This document shows, piece by piece, positions 11,921 through 25,732 of a stretch of DNA of 64,000 nt. Positions within the stretch are counted from its first letter, which is position 1. Each line of letters begins with the position of its first letter. The position numbers and the translations under genes were made by a program. The stretch spans positions 129,830,001 to 129,894,000 of the forward strand of contig NC_086097.1 in NCBI RefSeq assembly GCF_963921235.1, in the 5' to 3' direction. The notes below the pieces were generated by a model, which was given only the letters and a program-made list of their open reading frames with translations, was not told the DNA's origin and made no database searches. The stretch is from Mobula hypostoma (lineage: Eukaryota).

Positions 11921-13164
11921 TATCTTCTCTCCACAGCACCATCTCTGCAGCCTGCCAAGATACACTATCTATACTTAACTAGGCCTGGACTCGTGCTCTT
12001 TGATTTCATTTTCCCAGCATTGCCCCAAAATCAGCCAGGGCTACTAAATTCTGGAATTCCCACCTCAAATTCCAACCCTCAACCTGCTTGTTGAGATTCC
12101 ACTTCAATATTTTGACTAAGATTTGTTGTCCCGCATTACCATCTCTCTATATGCCTCAGGATTAGATTGATTTTTTACTACGCAAGATGCACAATATTAA
12201 TTGGAATATATTATCATTTTCTGTTCACTTTCAATCTGAATGCATGATGTCAGGCATAACACAACCACATTAAATGCTGTTGTTGCTACTCAGAAGAGCT
12301 TACATAGTTTCAAAATCACAATATAAGTTGTCATATTATATTTACAGTATTCTGTTGTTATTTCAGATTTCCAGCACCTGCAGTTTTGTTCATTTTAAAT
12401 AAAATGTCATTCACTAATTCATGTGCTTTCCTCTAAATTCATCATGATTAAACATCTCATCAGACATGGTTCCCCCTCAGGCAATTAGCAGGCCCTGAGG
12501 ACTTCAAAAAGGCTCGGCCTGTAAGGGATCTAGCTGAGTGTGAAGAATGTACTCGGGCACAGTGTCATCAGGTAGAAGGCAGTATTCCATTATGTACCCA
12601 GAAACTTCACCTTGTAATTAAATGTCATATATATTTCATAATTAGTAGTGATGGATTTGTCTCATTAATATACTCATTGTAACATAACTGTACCAATAAA
12701 ACACTTATGAAATGTATTTTGACGAGCATTAGATTTTCTCTTCATTACTTATTAGTTATAATCTGCTGTGATGTTGTAATCCAACAGTAGTGCTATACAT
12801 TGGCATGGCTGCACTCTCTTCCCATTTGAGTGTTGATGCATGGTGGCACACTAATGGTTTCTTTTCTCACCTGTATCATTGGGCTAAACAGTACTGCCCA
12901 ACATCAAATCTTCTATTTACAATTATTTGATTTATGGGGTTAACTCGGGGCTTGCTGGGCTGTGTGTCTCGAAGGGTCAGAAGGGCTTATTCCGTGCTGT
13001 TTCTCTAAATGAATAAACAAACTATAGCTATGACACCATTGACTCCATGGGTATGTGCTTTTGATTTACAAATCTATTTTTCTCTATTACGAGCAGCATG
13101 CTATTCTATCGGGATATATGGTACGAAAATAATTGTAATTCAGTTTGCCCATGGTCAGGTTACA

Positions 13165-13565
13165 GAGCAAAACAACATAGATATAGGCACTGTGGTTCAA
13201 CAAGGCCATGCTGACCACAATGATCACCCATCTAATCCCAACTTCCTGTGTTCAGCCCACATCTGTCCAAACCCTGATCCCCCCATGTGCCTTTTCAAGT
13301 GCTTCTTAAATAATCCTATTATACGTAACTCAAACACTTCTTCCGGCAGTTTCCATATACTTGTCACCCTCTTCATGGAAAAACAAGTTTCCCCTCAAGA
13401 CCCTTTTGAATCTTTCCCCTCTCACCTTAAATCTATACCCCCTTGTTATGCACTGCCCCACCCTATGGGAAAGACCATCACCATCTACTTTTTTGATGCC
13501 CTTTGTGATCTTAAAAACTTCCATATGGTCTCCCCTCATTCTCCCACGCTCCAAGGAATAAAGAC
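13165..13565 (-). mobile_element. CR1 3' fragment
   Basis: SLERGRMRGDHMEVFKI..TRGYRFKVRGERF. Confidence 0.8.
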
Positions 13566-13579
13566 TAGAAGACCAGAAG

Positions 13580-16480
13580 ACTAGCATCAGAATTAGGCCA
13601 TCCAGCCCATTGGGTCTTGTCTGCATTCCATCATGGCTGATTTATTATCCCTCTCAATCCCATTGCTCTTCTTTCTATTCTAGTATCTTTCCTGTAATAC
13701 CATGGGGCTCTTACGTTGTTAAACAACTTCATGTGTGGCCCCTTGTCAAAGGCCTTCTGAAAATCCAAGAAAACATCATCCACTGACTCTCCTTTGTTTA
13801 TCCTGCCTGTTACTTCCAACAGGTTTGTCAGGCAAGATTTCCTCTTAAAGAATCCATGCTCCTGATCTTTTGGTCTTGGCGCAAAACATCGACTGTTTAC
13901 TCTTTTCCATAGATGCTACCTGGCCTGGTGAGTTCCTCCAGCATTTTGTGTGTGTTGCTTGGATTTTCAGCATCCGTAGATTTTCTAGTCTTTGTGCCAC
14001 TAACTTTGGCCTACTTTATTGTATACCTCCAAGTACCCCGAAACCTCATCCTTCATTAACTCCAACAACTTCCGAACCACTGAAATCAGGCTAACTGGCC
14101 TATACTTCCCTTTCTTCTGTCTCCCTCCCTTCTTAAAGAGTGGAGTGACATTTGCAATTTTCCATTTCTCTGGAACTATTTCCAAATCTAGTGATTCTAA
14201 AAAGTTCATCATTAATGCCCCACAGTCTCTTCAGGTACCTCTTTCAGAACCCTGGGTTTACGTTCCATCTGGTCCAAGTAATGTTATCTATCTTCAGACC
14301 TCTGAGCTTCCCAAGCACGTTCTGCTTAGTGATAGCAACTACACTCACTTCTGCCTCCTGAAACTCTCAAATTACTGGCATACTGCTCGTGTCTTCCACA
14401 ATGAAGACTAATGCAAAATACTTATTAAGTTCATCCACCATTACTTTATCTCCCATTATTACTTCTCCAATGGTCTGATATCCACTCTCATCTCTCTTTC
14501 ACTCTTCAGATATTTGAAAAAACTTTTAGTATCCTCTTTTATATTATTGGCTAATTCATATTTCATTGCTTCTCTCCTTGTCTTTTTAGTTGCCTTCTGT
14601 TGGCTTTTAAAAGCTTCCCAATTCCCTATATTCTCACTAATTTTTGCTATATTATATGCCCTCCTTATCCTTTTATGATGTCTTTGACTTCACTTGAAGT
14701 CATCATTGCATCCCTCCCTTCAGAATATTTCTTTATCTTTGGGATGTATCTATCCTATGTTCTCCAAATTGCCCCCAGAAAATCCAGTCATTGCTGTTCT
14801 ACCATCATCCATGCTTGTGTCCCCTTTCAATCACCTTAAAATAGCTCCTCTTTCACGTCTCTGTAATTCCCTTCACTCACTGTAATACTGTTATATATTT
14901 GACTTTATCTTCACCCTCTAAAACTGCAGGGTGAATTCTATCATAATATGACCACTGCCTCCTAAGGCTTCTTTTATTTCAAGTTCTCTCATCAAATGTG
15001 ATCATTACACAACACCCAATCGAGAATTGCATTTCCCCTAGTGGGTTCAACCACAAACTGCTCTAACAACCCATCTCAAAGGCATTCTACAAATTCCCTT
15101 TCTTGGGGTTCAGCACCAACCTGATCTTCCAAATCTACCTGCATATCAATATCCCCCATGACTATCACAACATTGCCCTTTTTACATGCCTTTCCTATTT
15201 CTCATTGTAATTTGTATCCCACATCTTGGCTACTATTTTGGAAGCCTGTATATAACTCCTATCAGGGTCTTTTTACCTTTGCAGTTTCTTAACTCTAGCC
15301 ATGAAGCCTCTACATCTTCTGATCTTATGCCACCTTTTTCTCAGGATTTTATTTTATTTTTTACCAACAGAACCACCCCACCCCCTGCAACTACCTCCCT
15401 GTCCTTTCAATACTAGGTGTATCCTTGGATATTAAACTTCCAACTATGATCTTTCAGCCATGACTCAGTGATGCCCACAACATCATACTTGCCAATCTCT
15501 AATTGCGCTACAAGAGCGTTTTCCTTATTCTGTATACTGTGTGCATTCAAATATAATGTCTTCAGTCTTGTATTCATCATTCTTTTACATTTTGCCCACA
15601 TATTACTCTTCAACTCACCCCACTGTCTGCCATCTTGCCCTATCATCTGCCTGTCCTTCCTCACAGTCTCACTACACACTGCATCTACTTGTGCACCAAT
15701 TGCCCCATTCCATTCCCCTGCCAAATTAGTTTAATCCCTCCCCATAAGCTCCAGTGAACCTGTCCACAAGGATATCAGTCCCCCTCAGGTTCAGGTGTAA
15801 CCCAACCTTTTTGTGCAGGTCATACCTTCCCAAGAAGAGATCTCAATGATCCAGAACTCTGAAGCCTCGACCCCTGCACCAATTCCTCAGCCAATCATTC
15901 ACTTGCTACATCATCCTTTTCTTACCCTCACTGGCTCAAGACACAGGTAGCAATCCAAAGATTACAACTCTGGAGGTCCTGCTTTTCAGCTTTCCACCAA
16001 ACTCCCTATATTCTCTCTTCATGACCTCCTCTCTTTTCCTACCTATGTCATTGGTATCAATATGTTCCATGAATTCTGGCTGCTCACCCTCCCCATTTAG
16101 AATGCTGTGGATCTGATCTAAAACATTCCTGACCTTGGCAGCTGAGAGGCAAAATACCACCAGGTGTCCTTTTCATGTCCACAGAATCGCCTCTCTTCTC
16201 CTTTAACTATCGAATCCCCTATCACCACAGCAGTCCTCTTCTCCCCCTTCCCATCTGAGAAACAGAGCCAGACTCAATGCCAGGGACATGCTCGCTGCGG
16301 GTAGGCTGTCTCCCCAGAACAGTATTAAAAGTTGCATACAGTACTTATTATTGAGGGGATTAGCCACAACCGTACTCTACACTGGCTGCCTATTCCCTTT
16401 CCCTCTCCTGACAATCACACAGGTATCTGTCTCCAGCAGCCTAGTTGTGACGACATCCTGCAGCTCCTATCTATCACTTT
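13580..16480 (-). mobile_element. Large decayed CR1 LINE (ORF1 SGNH esterase, ORF2 endonuclease and RT) with a Penelope tail inserted at ~13865-13995
   Basis: EQPEFMEHIDTNDIG; LYLNAHSIQNK..DVVGITESWL; PEKWKIANVTPLFKKG..YRPVSL; VFLDFQKAFDK. Confidence 0.9.
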
Positions 16481-16504
16481 CTCAATCTCCCATAAAAACC
16501 TAGC

Positions 16505-17170
16505 CTGGCCAACCAATCCCTATAAATCAGGCCTTCTAGTTTTGGAAGTATCCGGTGAATATTTTCTGCAGAAAATTGCATAATATTTCCAACAACAGGG
16601 ATGACCAAAACTGTACATAATACAACACGCTTGGCCTCACCAATGATTTATACAACTGCACCGTAATGTCCCAACTTCTATTGTCCATGCCCTAACTGAT
16701 GAAGGACAGGGTGTTGAACACCTTCTTCACCAACTTGTCTGCCTGTGACACTGCTTTCAGTGAAATGCACTTGTACTCCTTGGGTCTTTCTGCCGGCTAT
16801 TCTATCAAAAATAGAGCACTAGAGTAAGTGCTATGCTAGTTTGACTTCCCAAGATGTATCACCTCACATCTATCTGTATTGAGATTCATTTGCCAATTCA
16901 CAGTCCAATTCCTTAACTGTCCAAGATTCCCCGTAATCTACAATAACCTTCTCCACAATCAACAAGACCTCCAAATTTTGTGACATCTGTAAACTTTTGT
17001 GCACTCACATCCAAATCATTTATGTAAATAGCCAATAACAAGAGTCCCAATAACAACACCATTGCCTCCATTCTGAGAAGTAATCTTCAACCACAACCCT
17101 TTGCTTCCTAACTCCGAGAAAAAAATTGAATCCACCCAACCAGCTCTCCCTGTATTCTATGGGACCTAAT
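16505..17170 (-). mobile_element. Decayed CR1 ORF2 fragment
   Basis: Minus strand encodes remnants of the FTDVTKFG and LVRP.V.YYVQFWS motifs. Confidence 0.65.
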
Positions 17171-17189
17171 TTTCAATCTACGAAGTCTC

Positions 17190-17800
17190 ACAAATACAAG
17201 AGATTCTGCAGATGCTGGTAATCCAGAAACACACACACATAAAATGCTGAAAGAACTCAGCAAATCAGGCAGTATCTATGGAAAGGAATAAATAGTCGAT
17301 AATTTGAGCTGAGACCCTTCAGCGGGGCTAGAAAGGAAGGAGAATCCGGAGTAAGAAGGCGGTGGGGGCTGGGGAAGAGGAAGGAATACAAGCTGGAAGG
17401 TGATAGCTGAAACCAGAAGAGGAATTAGGTGGGTGGGGTGGGAAGGGGGAATGAAGTGAGAAGCTGGGAGGTGACAGGTGGTAGAGGCAAAGGTCTGAAG
17501 AAGGAATCTGATAGGAGGGGAGAATGGACCATGGGAGAAAGGGAAGAAGGAGGGGCACCAGATGGAGGCATGGGCAGATGAGTAGAGAAGGGGTAATTGG
17601 GAGGCCAGAACATCGCATAATTCGGGTGGGTGGCCTTCAACTTGATAGCATGAACATTAGTTTCTCTAAATTATAGTAATTTTTCCCTCTCCCCCTTTTA
17701 TCTTATCCATTCCCCATTGCGATCCGAAATGTTGAATGTTTATTCATCTCCCTAGACGCTACCTGACCTGAACTCCTCCAACATTTGTGTGTGCTGCTTT
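17190..17800 (-). mobile_element. Penelope-like fragment with an inverted tail
   Basis: Same terminal repeat and purine-rich tract as 6573-7692; inverted tail piece at ~17720-17795. Confidence 0.75.
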
Positions 17801-17969
17801 AAATATTACAATATTGTACCAATTTCTAGAAAACATTTTCTAAATTAAAGAATTATGTCCTCTCATTGGGCATGACTGCAACCCAATGAGAAGTGATTAT
17901 GCCGTGCTACATTTCTAGATAAGCATATAGCCAGAAATGAATGAATGAATTAATTAATTAAATATATTT

Positions 17970-18699
17970 TGGTCAGTACAAACATAACAAAAAGCATCAT
18001 TTTCAACAATGATTTCATAGGACAAAATAACAACAACAAAAAAGATATTCTTTAAAACAGACTGAAAGAGTGTAGGCTGAAGCTACAGCTTATTACGCCT
18101 ACCCCTCTTACTTATACAACAACATATTTGGTGTCAATCATCACATCAAAACAAAAAATTTCATAATCTTTTAACATAAAATCCAATTCCAAGTGTAATT
18201 TATTTACATTATTCCCATTCATTTAAAATCATATATTTTGTATTTGTTCATTAAATTATTTTTAAATAACTTTTAAACTTAAGTGTGGTGCATGTTTTAA
18301 ATTCTCATTACAACTGTTCCATAGATTCACCCCTCTGACTGAAATACAATAATTTTTTTTACATTTGTTCTTATCCTTTCTTTTTGAAATACACATGTTC
18401 CTCTCAAATCATGTTGACTTTCTCTCATTTTAAACAACCTTTGGATAATTTGTGGTAGCTGTCCATTTTATACTTTATACATAATTTGTATTATTTTAAA
18501 ATCTACAAAATCTCTGAATTTTAAAGTGTTTAGTTGAATAAATAGTGGATTGGTTGGCTCATAATAACTTGTCTTATTACAATTTGTATGACTTTCTTTT
18601 GGAGTAGAAAAATTGAGTTTGTATTTGTTTTGTATGTATTTCCCCATACCTCTACACGGTAAGTCATGTATGGGACTATAAGTGAACAGTAAGACCATA
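17970..18699 (-). mobile_element. L2/Crack-type LINE 3' end
   Basis: YCSLIVPYMTYRVEVWGNTYKTN..LQKKVIQI; EPTNPLFIQLNTLKF; gggtaggcgtaataagct..cttcagccta 3' motif. Confidence 0.8.
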
Positions 18700-18701
18700 T
18701 A

Positions 18702-19500
18702 CAGTTGTTTCTCGTTAATTGGGACACATTGGGATCAGTACATCTTGGGCCAATTAAGAGGCTGCCACAATTAACCGAAGCTTAATGGAAGTAATTAAAA
18801 AGGTATAAAAAAAGACAAACTACCATTTAACTGAGGAACAAATTATAATTTAAATGAAATTCAGAAAATATTATAACACTATCAAAACGACTACGGTGCT
18901 ACAAAACTGAGTATTGGATCTTAATGGTCATCAACAGAGGAATTAATCAAGAGTATGCCGCTGTGTTCTTTTGATTGACTGTAAATGAACAAAATCGCTG
19001 CAGATAATAGACTGTCTCCAAACAATGCTTTTGATGATTTCATTGTAACATTCAAGATGACTGTTGATACCTTTAAATTCTTTGTAGTTCCCAACTTGTA
19101 GTGAAATTGTATTTTCACTCCCACCCGTTTCTGGCATCTCCAAGCTTGAATGCTTGAAACTGCCATGAGGAAAACGGTTCTGAATTGTCTTACTGCTTAT
19201 TACTTGTTGACTGTCAGTGACAAAAATCACGGCTTTTTGATCACAAACACGCACGCAAGTAATGGTATTTAAACAACTGTTCACCCTAGGCACGGTGTAG
19301 TGTCTAATGGTCAGATAACATGCACATGACTGATGCTAGTTAGAAACTATCCAGCAACAGTCTACATTTAAGCAGCATAGTGCCCCAAATAAACTAAGGG
19401 AATCCCAGCAATTTTCTCAATGAGTTTTTGTTCTTTAAGAGTTGTCCCTAGTAAGTGGCTGCTTTGATTAATCAATGGCCCAATTAACTGGAATCCACTA
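18702..19500. mobile_element. Non-autonomous Tc1/mariner-superfamily (pogo/Tigger-like) DNA element
   Basis: TA-flanked degenerate TIRs cagttgtttctcgttaattggg / cccaattaactggaatccacta. Confidence 0.7.
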
Positions 19501-20350
19501 TACATGGTAATAGAATTAGGCCATTCTGTCCATTGAATTTGTTCCACCATTCAATCATGGCTCTGTATTGTTTTCAACCACATTCTCAGGCCTTCTCCGA
19601 TAACCCTTACCGTTCCAGAATTCATCAATCTCTGCCTTATATACACCATTGACCTAGCCCCCACAGCCTCTCATTGCAACAAATTCTTCAACTTTATTGA
19701 TTCACCATAGAATGCATTCTATCTGGATGCATATTGCTTGGTATGGCAACTGCACTGTACACGACTGCAAGAAATTGCTCTGCCATTCATAAAATTGTGG
19801 CTGATCCTTTATCTTGGTGCCATGACCCATCAATAGCCTTCATCCTTTGTCATTGAGGGGAATTGCTGCTTTGATAGGCACAACATAGTTTTAAAACAAA
19901 TCAAGCCTAAAACACCGCAGAAGAGTTTTACGTAAACTGTGAGATTTCAAGTGTATGGATTTCACAAACTTTCTCTGCTCCTTTGCAAAGTGATCATGTA
20001 AACTATTAAATCGCATGCATACATTGCATGAAAGAGGCTCACAAAAATTAGCTAGAATAATACAAGGATATTAGAAGTGACTAAAAACATTTAGAGGTTA
20101 TTACACCGCAACAATAAAAAGCATTGTTTTACATATTTATCTGCAGGATAGTCAAGTAACCAATTCATCAACCATGCATGGATATGAACAGAGAAATAAT
20201 GACTCCATGAAGTAAGTAGGTTGTCCTGTGTCTATATGGAGCTGTCACAGTACTCCTCCATTTTCTTGACCACAAACCTCACTTCACCAGTCTCTGAGGT
20301 CAAGTTCAGACCTGCTTGCAGGCCTGATCTCTACTTTTGAACATGGTAAC

Positions 20351-21212
20351 TGTCACGTGACTGGCAACAATGAATATAGAAATGAGTCAGGTTCTGTAAA
20401 CAAATAAACATTTATTAAACTCAGCTCAAAATTAATAAAATGATAAACGAACGAAAAACCTTAACCGGAAGTAAACTGCTATGCGGCCATTTAACAAATT
20501 GCCAAACTCAGTACTAGTTCTTAAAGCGGTAAATGCGAGAACAGTCTTAAAGTGGTAAATTGGAACACAGTTCTTAGAATGGTAAATTTGAAAGTCCAAG
20601 CGATTTATACAGTCAATTAGGAGAGACTTTCTTGAAGTAAAGAATTCCTTGAAGACACAATGTTACTGCCAATCCCAGCCGGAACCTGCCTTGTCCGCAG
20701 GATTCACGACGACGGAAATAAAACAGTTTAAAGGCACTGATCTTTTTCTCTGTAGAATAGACTAGATACTGCACAACCTTTTCTGCTTCTTTTAGAAGAG
20801 GTTATCTCATGCAAATCACTCTTACTTGAACGAATTCAATAATGGTCGATCCTCTCCAAAACCGTTGAACGACTCCTTCAGGTTCCCATCTTCACTCTCC
20901 CATATTAGTGAAAAGGTACATCAACAAACCTGGCAGCTATTGGTGAAACTGCTGGCCCAACACTTCTGTACCCTACAATAGATAGTAAAACTCTGGTTTA
21001 AAACTATACTGCGTCATGAGATTAATAAGCAGCATAGCGGAGTATCTGACTGACGATCTAACAGCATCACCAGGGGGCTACACTTATATACCTGGTGAGA
21101 ACAGGTCACAATGTGACCTCACATTGGCTGGAAAATTGCATCATGTGACCTCTGCAAGACCATTACATCATCCTCATAAGACAATCACAAGATATCCATG
21201 AAGTATGTAACA
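20351..21212 (-). mobile_element. Solo LTR (Gypsy-like)
   Basis: tgtcac...gtaaca termini, 4-bp TSD taac on both sides, minus-strand TATATAA near 21084-21090 and AATAAA near 20411-20416. Confidence 0.85.
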
Positions 21213-22641
21213 TAACATTTCCAAATTTAACCTCATCTCCAAGCCCCAGGCCCACGCTGAACAATCAATCTTTACTTGTCATTGATATCCTGACCTGAAC
21301 CAACTCAGCATAATGGTTTCTCATGTTTGGGTGGTGATACATGCCCTCTATACACAATGTCTTGGCAATCATGTGCTCTGTTCATAACTTAACGCACTGC
21401 CCATTCAACACACTTTTCTGGTGCCACACAATTTCTTTGCCCTAAGCTGGCAATGAAGTGACAGGAAAGACACAGAGTGACATCGACCAGTGAACCGATT
21501 GTTTTTCGAACATGCTAATGAGCTGAATAGCCTCCTCTGTGCTGCATCACTCAATAATTATCTGCAAAACTAAAATATGCAGATACTCACAAGAAATGCA
21601 GAGAAATAACAATTGAAAATAGCTTCAAGAAGACATTCCATAGGTACCATTAACCTTGTGTGACTACTAACAAAAGAAAAATGCTGCAGAAGCTGGAAAT
21701 CTGCAAATACTCAGTGGACCGGGCAGCAGCCGTGGAGAGAGAAACAGGGTAGAGAGTGCAGTTACCTGAAATTACTTGCTTTCCTCATCTTTGAAAATCT
21801 TCACTCACCACACTTTCATCTTCTTAATCTGGTGCAGTACTGTAGGGGTGATCTTGGAGCAGCTTTTGTTTAATTAGTTGCCAATGAAGAAATTTGGGTA
21901 GTAATAAAAACGTGCTTAAATGTGGATCAACATGAAATGAACAAAACACAGGGGGAAGAACACATCAATATTGGAGAGCAAGCAGGCTGACATAACAGGT
22001 AAATCTGCCCAGATGAAGTGCATTGACTCAAAACATTGAATGCACATTTACCTCCTGCTGAGTTCCTCCAGTGTGTTGTGTAACAAGAAAATCAGTATGT
22101 CATAGAGCATTGTTTAGAATCAACAGACCTACACAGCCAACAATTCCCAGCTCTTGGTCAGAGTTTCTGTAGGTAACAACATTTGCAGAAAATGTGAGGG
22201 ATTCTACATTCACCACCTCTACACACAGTGGGCCTCCAAACCCCACCACCTCATTGGAGAATTCTTTTCCCTCAAAGCTCTACACCATGTCCCCTAGTTA
22301 CTGACTTTGCAGCTGGACAGAAATAAATCCTTCATCATCTTGTCTGGACCTCATATAATGATAAACTTCCCAGCCTCTATGCACTCAGCAGAAAACAATT
22401 AAAATATCTGTGGGAATACAGAATAAAGAAGTTTGCATAAAGATCTTAGTAAATAAAAAGATGCATCTACCTTATGATATGAGGCCATTCAGCTCTTTGA
22501 GTCTCTGCTGTATCTCAGTACATCACTTCCCTATCCATTTAAAATATAACATAGAACAGTGCAGCATGGGATAGGCCATTCAGCCCACAAAATTTTGGCT
22601 ATCTTAATACCAATTTATACTCAATGTCCTCCTCCTGCGTT

Positions 22642-23770
22642 TTCAGAAGAAGTTTGACAGGGTGCCACACATGAGGCTGCTGAAGAAGATGGGAGCCCAT
22701 AGTATTACAGGAAAGATACCAGCACGGATAGATGATTGGCAGGAGGCAAAGAGTGGGAATAAAGAGTGCCTTACTGGCTGGCTGCCAGTGACTAGTGATC
22801 TTCTGGAGGGGTCAGTGTTGGGTCTGCTACTTTTCATGAGATATCTTAATGATCTGGATGATGGGATTGATGGCTTTGCAGTCAAGATAGGTGGGGGTGG
22901 GTGGAGCATGCAGGTAGTGTTGAGGAAGTCGACAGGCTACAAAAAGACGTGGACAGGTTAGGAGAATGGGTAAAGAAGTGTCAGATGGAATACTGTGTAG
23001 AGCAGTGTATGGTCATGCATTTAGGTAGAAGAATAAAGGTGTGGACTGGACAGCAGAAAATTCAGAAGTCAGAAGTGCAAAGGGGCCTGGGAGTCCTCGC
23101 ACAGGATTCCCTAAATGTTAACGAGTCAGTAATAGGAAGGCAAATGCAATGTTAACATTCATTTCCAGAGAACTAGGGTATAACATGCAAGATATAGTGT
23201 TCAGACGTTATAAAGCATTGGTCAGATTGTATTTGGAGTACTGTGAGCAGTTTTGGGGCCCAATATCTAAGAAAAGATTCGATTAGATTGCTGGCATTGG
23301 AGAGTTCTGGGGAGGTTTACGAAAATTATTCCAGGAATTAAAGGGTTAACATATGAGGAGTGTTTGATGGTTCTGGGCTTGTCCTTGCTGGAGATTAGAA
23401 GAATAAGGAGGGATCTTATTGAAACTTACCAAACATTGTAAGGTCAAGACAGAGTTATCGTGGAGAGGATGTTTCCAATAGTGGGAGTGTCTAGAACCAG
23501 AGGACACAGCCTTCAAATATAAGTATATCCCTTTAGAACCAAGATGAAGGGGAACTTTGCTGGTCAGAGTGTAGTGAATCTGTGGAATTCATTTCCACAG
23601 ATGACCGTGGAGGCCAAGTCATTGGGTATATTTAAAGTGGAGGTTGATCAGTTCTTGATTAGTAAGGGCATCAAAGGTTATGGGGAGAAAGAAGGAGATT
23701 GGGTTGAGAGGGAAAATAAATCAGCCATGATCAAATGGCGGGACAGAGTTGATGGGCCGAATGGGGCAAC
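22642..23770 (+). mobile_element. CR1 RT-to-3' fragment
   Basis: FQKKFDRVPHMRLL..GSVLGLLLF..YLNDLD..GFA; CR1 3' tail. Confidence 0.9.
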
Positions 23771-24804
23771 AGTGTCACATGGGGCAAGATGACAGATAGT
23801 GATAGGGCAAGGTGAAAATACACAAAAAAAATGATTGAGAATAAGTAGCATATTCAGGGGAAGAAACATGAGGAACTTTACAAATAACTTAATCAAATGG
23901 ATACAATAGATGCATGTATTTTAAAAAGTAATTTTTCTATTGGCAGTAAAAAGGCTACAAGTGGTGAATTATCACCGCACTGAGCATGGGATGGATTGCG
24001 AAGTAGTCTATTATTGGCCTTCAGATGTGATGTCATACACGCGAGTGCACCACCAGAAACTAGGAACAGGAGTGGGTCACTTGGCCCTTCAAGCCTGCCT
24101 TGCCATTCAATAAAATCAATGCTGATCTGCCCCAGTAGGTAGAGTATTGGAGGGAGCTTGAGTGAAACATTAACATTGGCATGGACTGTTTGACTGGCAT
24201 GGTTCATACTGTTGCTTCTGTAAGAATGGGAGAAATTCATATCTACTTGTTATTACAAAGCAGGTGAGCCTATTGGTAGGTGCATGCACCCCACCCACCC
24301 TAACATTCAGCTCTTTGGAATTAATACCAAGAATTAGTGACATCACCACATCATGCATACTACATTCTGCTATTGCTTTTCCCTTTGGTTTTGAAAAGAT
24401 CTGTATGGATGGCATTCCAAAACAAAGCTTTTCATTATATCTTGGTACATGAAAATCATAACCAATTAGCAATCAGCCAATGATTGGAAGCAGAGCATTG
24501 GATATCCATTAAACAACCTATTGCACAGCAAATTAAATCAGATTTCTCAGAAAACAGAGGGTAAAGAAATGGAGGAAAGAGAATCTACAGCAACTTCTCT
24601 CAATATGAACAGGATAATTTCCCAGGAAAATGAAGAGTACATTTTCTTGGCATAAGACAGATCCTCGTCACTTACAACAATATGATCATCAAACCTGAGT
24701 GGCTGTCGAATTGACTGAACCATTTCCATGCTCATAGCACCTGTACTGTACAGAATTATACCGGGTAACATCATCCCAGGAAGAAAAGCCACCTGCACCA
24801 CATG

Positions 24805-25596
24805 TACAAAATAATTTTTAAATCTTTATTTAATGAAAGAAATTTTTCAGTGTGTCAAATATGAAATTGAATATACAAAAACTTTACATTGCTTCTGCAA
24901 ACAAAGAGAAAAAATAAAATCCTTAACTAGGAAATCCTAGCTGCACTTCTCTGCATGAAATTGATAGAGAATGGAGGGAGAAAAGCTTATGGTAGCTGAT
25001 GGTTGCACAGGATACTGTGCCAGAATCACTCATTACACAGGAGTTTAGAATAAAAATCTACACAATGTTCTTCTGAAGAACCCAACTAGTCTGCAACCCA
25101 ACTTCTTTTTAAAAACAATGAAATGAAACAAACTAGTTACTGAATCGAATCTTGGTAGCCCTTGCCCACCCGCCCAAAAATCTGATAGCTCACGTCCACA
25201 GTCAAATGAGGGTCAATGAAGAATTATTCGATGTCAATAGACCACACAGTTTTCACTCTCATACGGAGCTGCTGAGGATCTCTACGTTCTTTGGCTTAGT
25301 ACACCAACCCAATGTAATAGTACTACATTCCAGAAGTATACCCTCCCCAACCCGTTTATTAACCCCCCCTTTACTTCAGCCCAACCCAACCCAACCCAAC
25401 CCAATATTTTTACATTTAAAATAAGAAAAGAAACTCAGAATATTGTTCCCTTGTAAAAAGCATGAAGTCTCAGTTTTGAAATCTAGTTATTGGTTCTGGC
25501 ATAAAGTTTCTAAGGTGGCAAAAAAATTTACAACATTCCAGGGTCTTCTGAGTCCAAGATCTGTCGCATTAAATAAATTGTCTACCCACACCGGCG
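24805..25596 (-). other. CTDP1: Probable CTDP1 3'UTR
   Basis: TE-free, U-rich sequence after the stop codon, ending near an AATAAA followed by U/GU-rich sequence; the end position is approximate. Confidence 0.65.
24825..24830 (-). promoter_or_regulatory. Probable polyadenylation signal AATAAA of CTDP1
   Basis: tttatt on +; downstream minus-strand sequence ttttgtacatgtggtgcaggtggcttttctt. Confidence 0.6.
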
Positions 25597-25732
25597 TCAA
25601 ATGAAATCATTCAGCTCTGCTTCAAGCGCTGCTGCCATCTCATCAGCTTCCGAGCTGCTGTCGTCCTCGTTGCTGGAGAGCTTGCTGGAATCGCTGGCAG
25701 CTCCATCTTCCTCTAACTTACGCTTGCAGCCC
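25597..25732 (-). CDS. CTDP1: Terminal coding exon of RNA polymerase II CTD phosphatase subunit 1 (FCP1); C-terminal RAP74-binding tail
   Basis: Acceptor tattttctattgctgcag|G, then one base plus 45 codons: GCKRKLEEDGAASDSSKLSSNEDDSSSEADEMAAALEAELNDFI* (TGA at 25599-25597). This matches the vertebrate FCP1 C-terminus as I recall it (..SSSEADEMAKALEAELNDLM). Not in the ORF track. Confidence 0.95.

Noticed and set aside
13009..13584. 191-aa plus ORF
   Set aside because: Mostly the antisense strand of a CR1 fragment
1..24500. Exons of a downstream neighbour such as KCNG2
   Set aside because: No Kv-channel or other host-protein motifs were recognised in any frame I examined
24547..24801. 84-aa minus-strand ORF just past the CTDP1 poly(A) signal
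   Set aside because: No recognisable homology or splice context; consistent with a chance ORF
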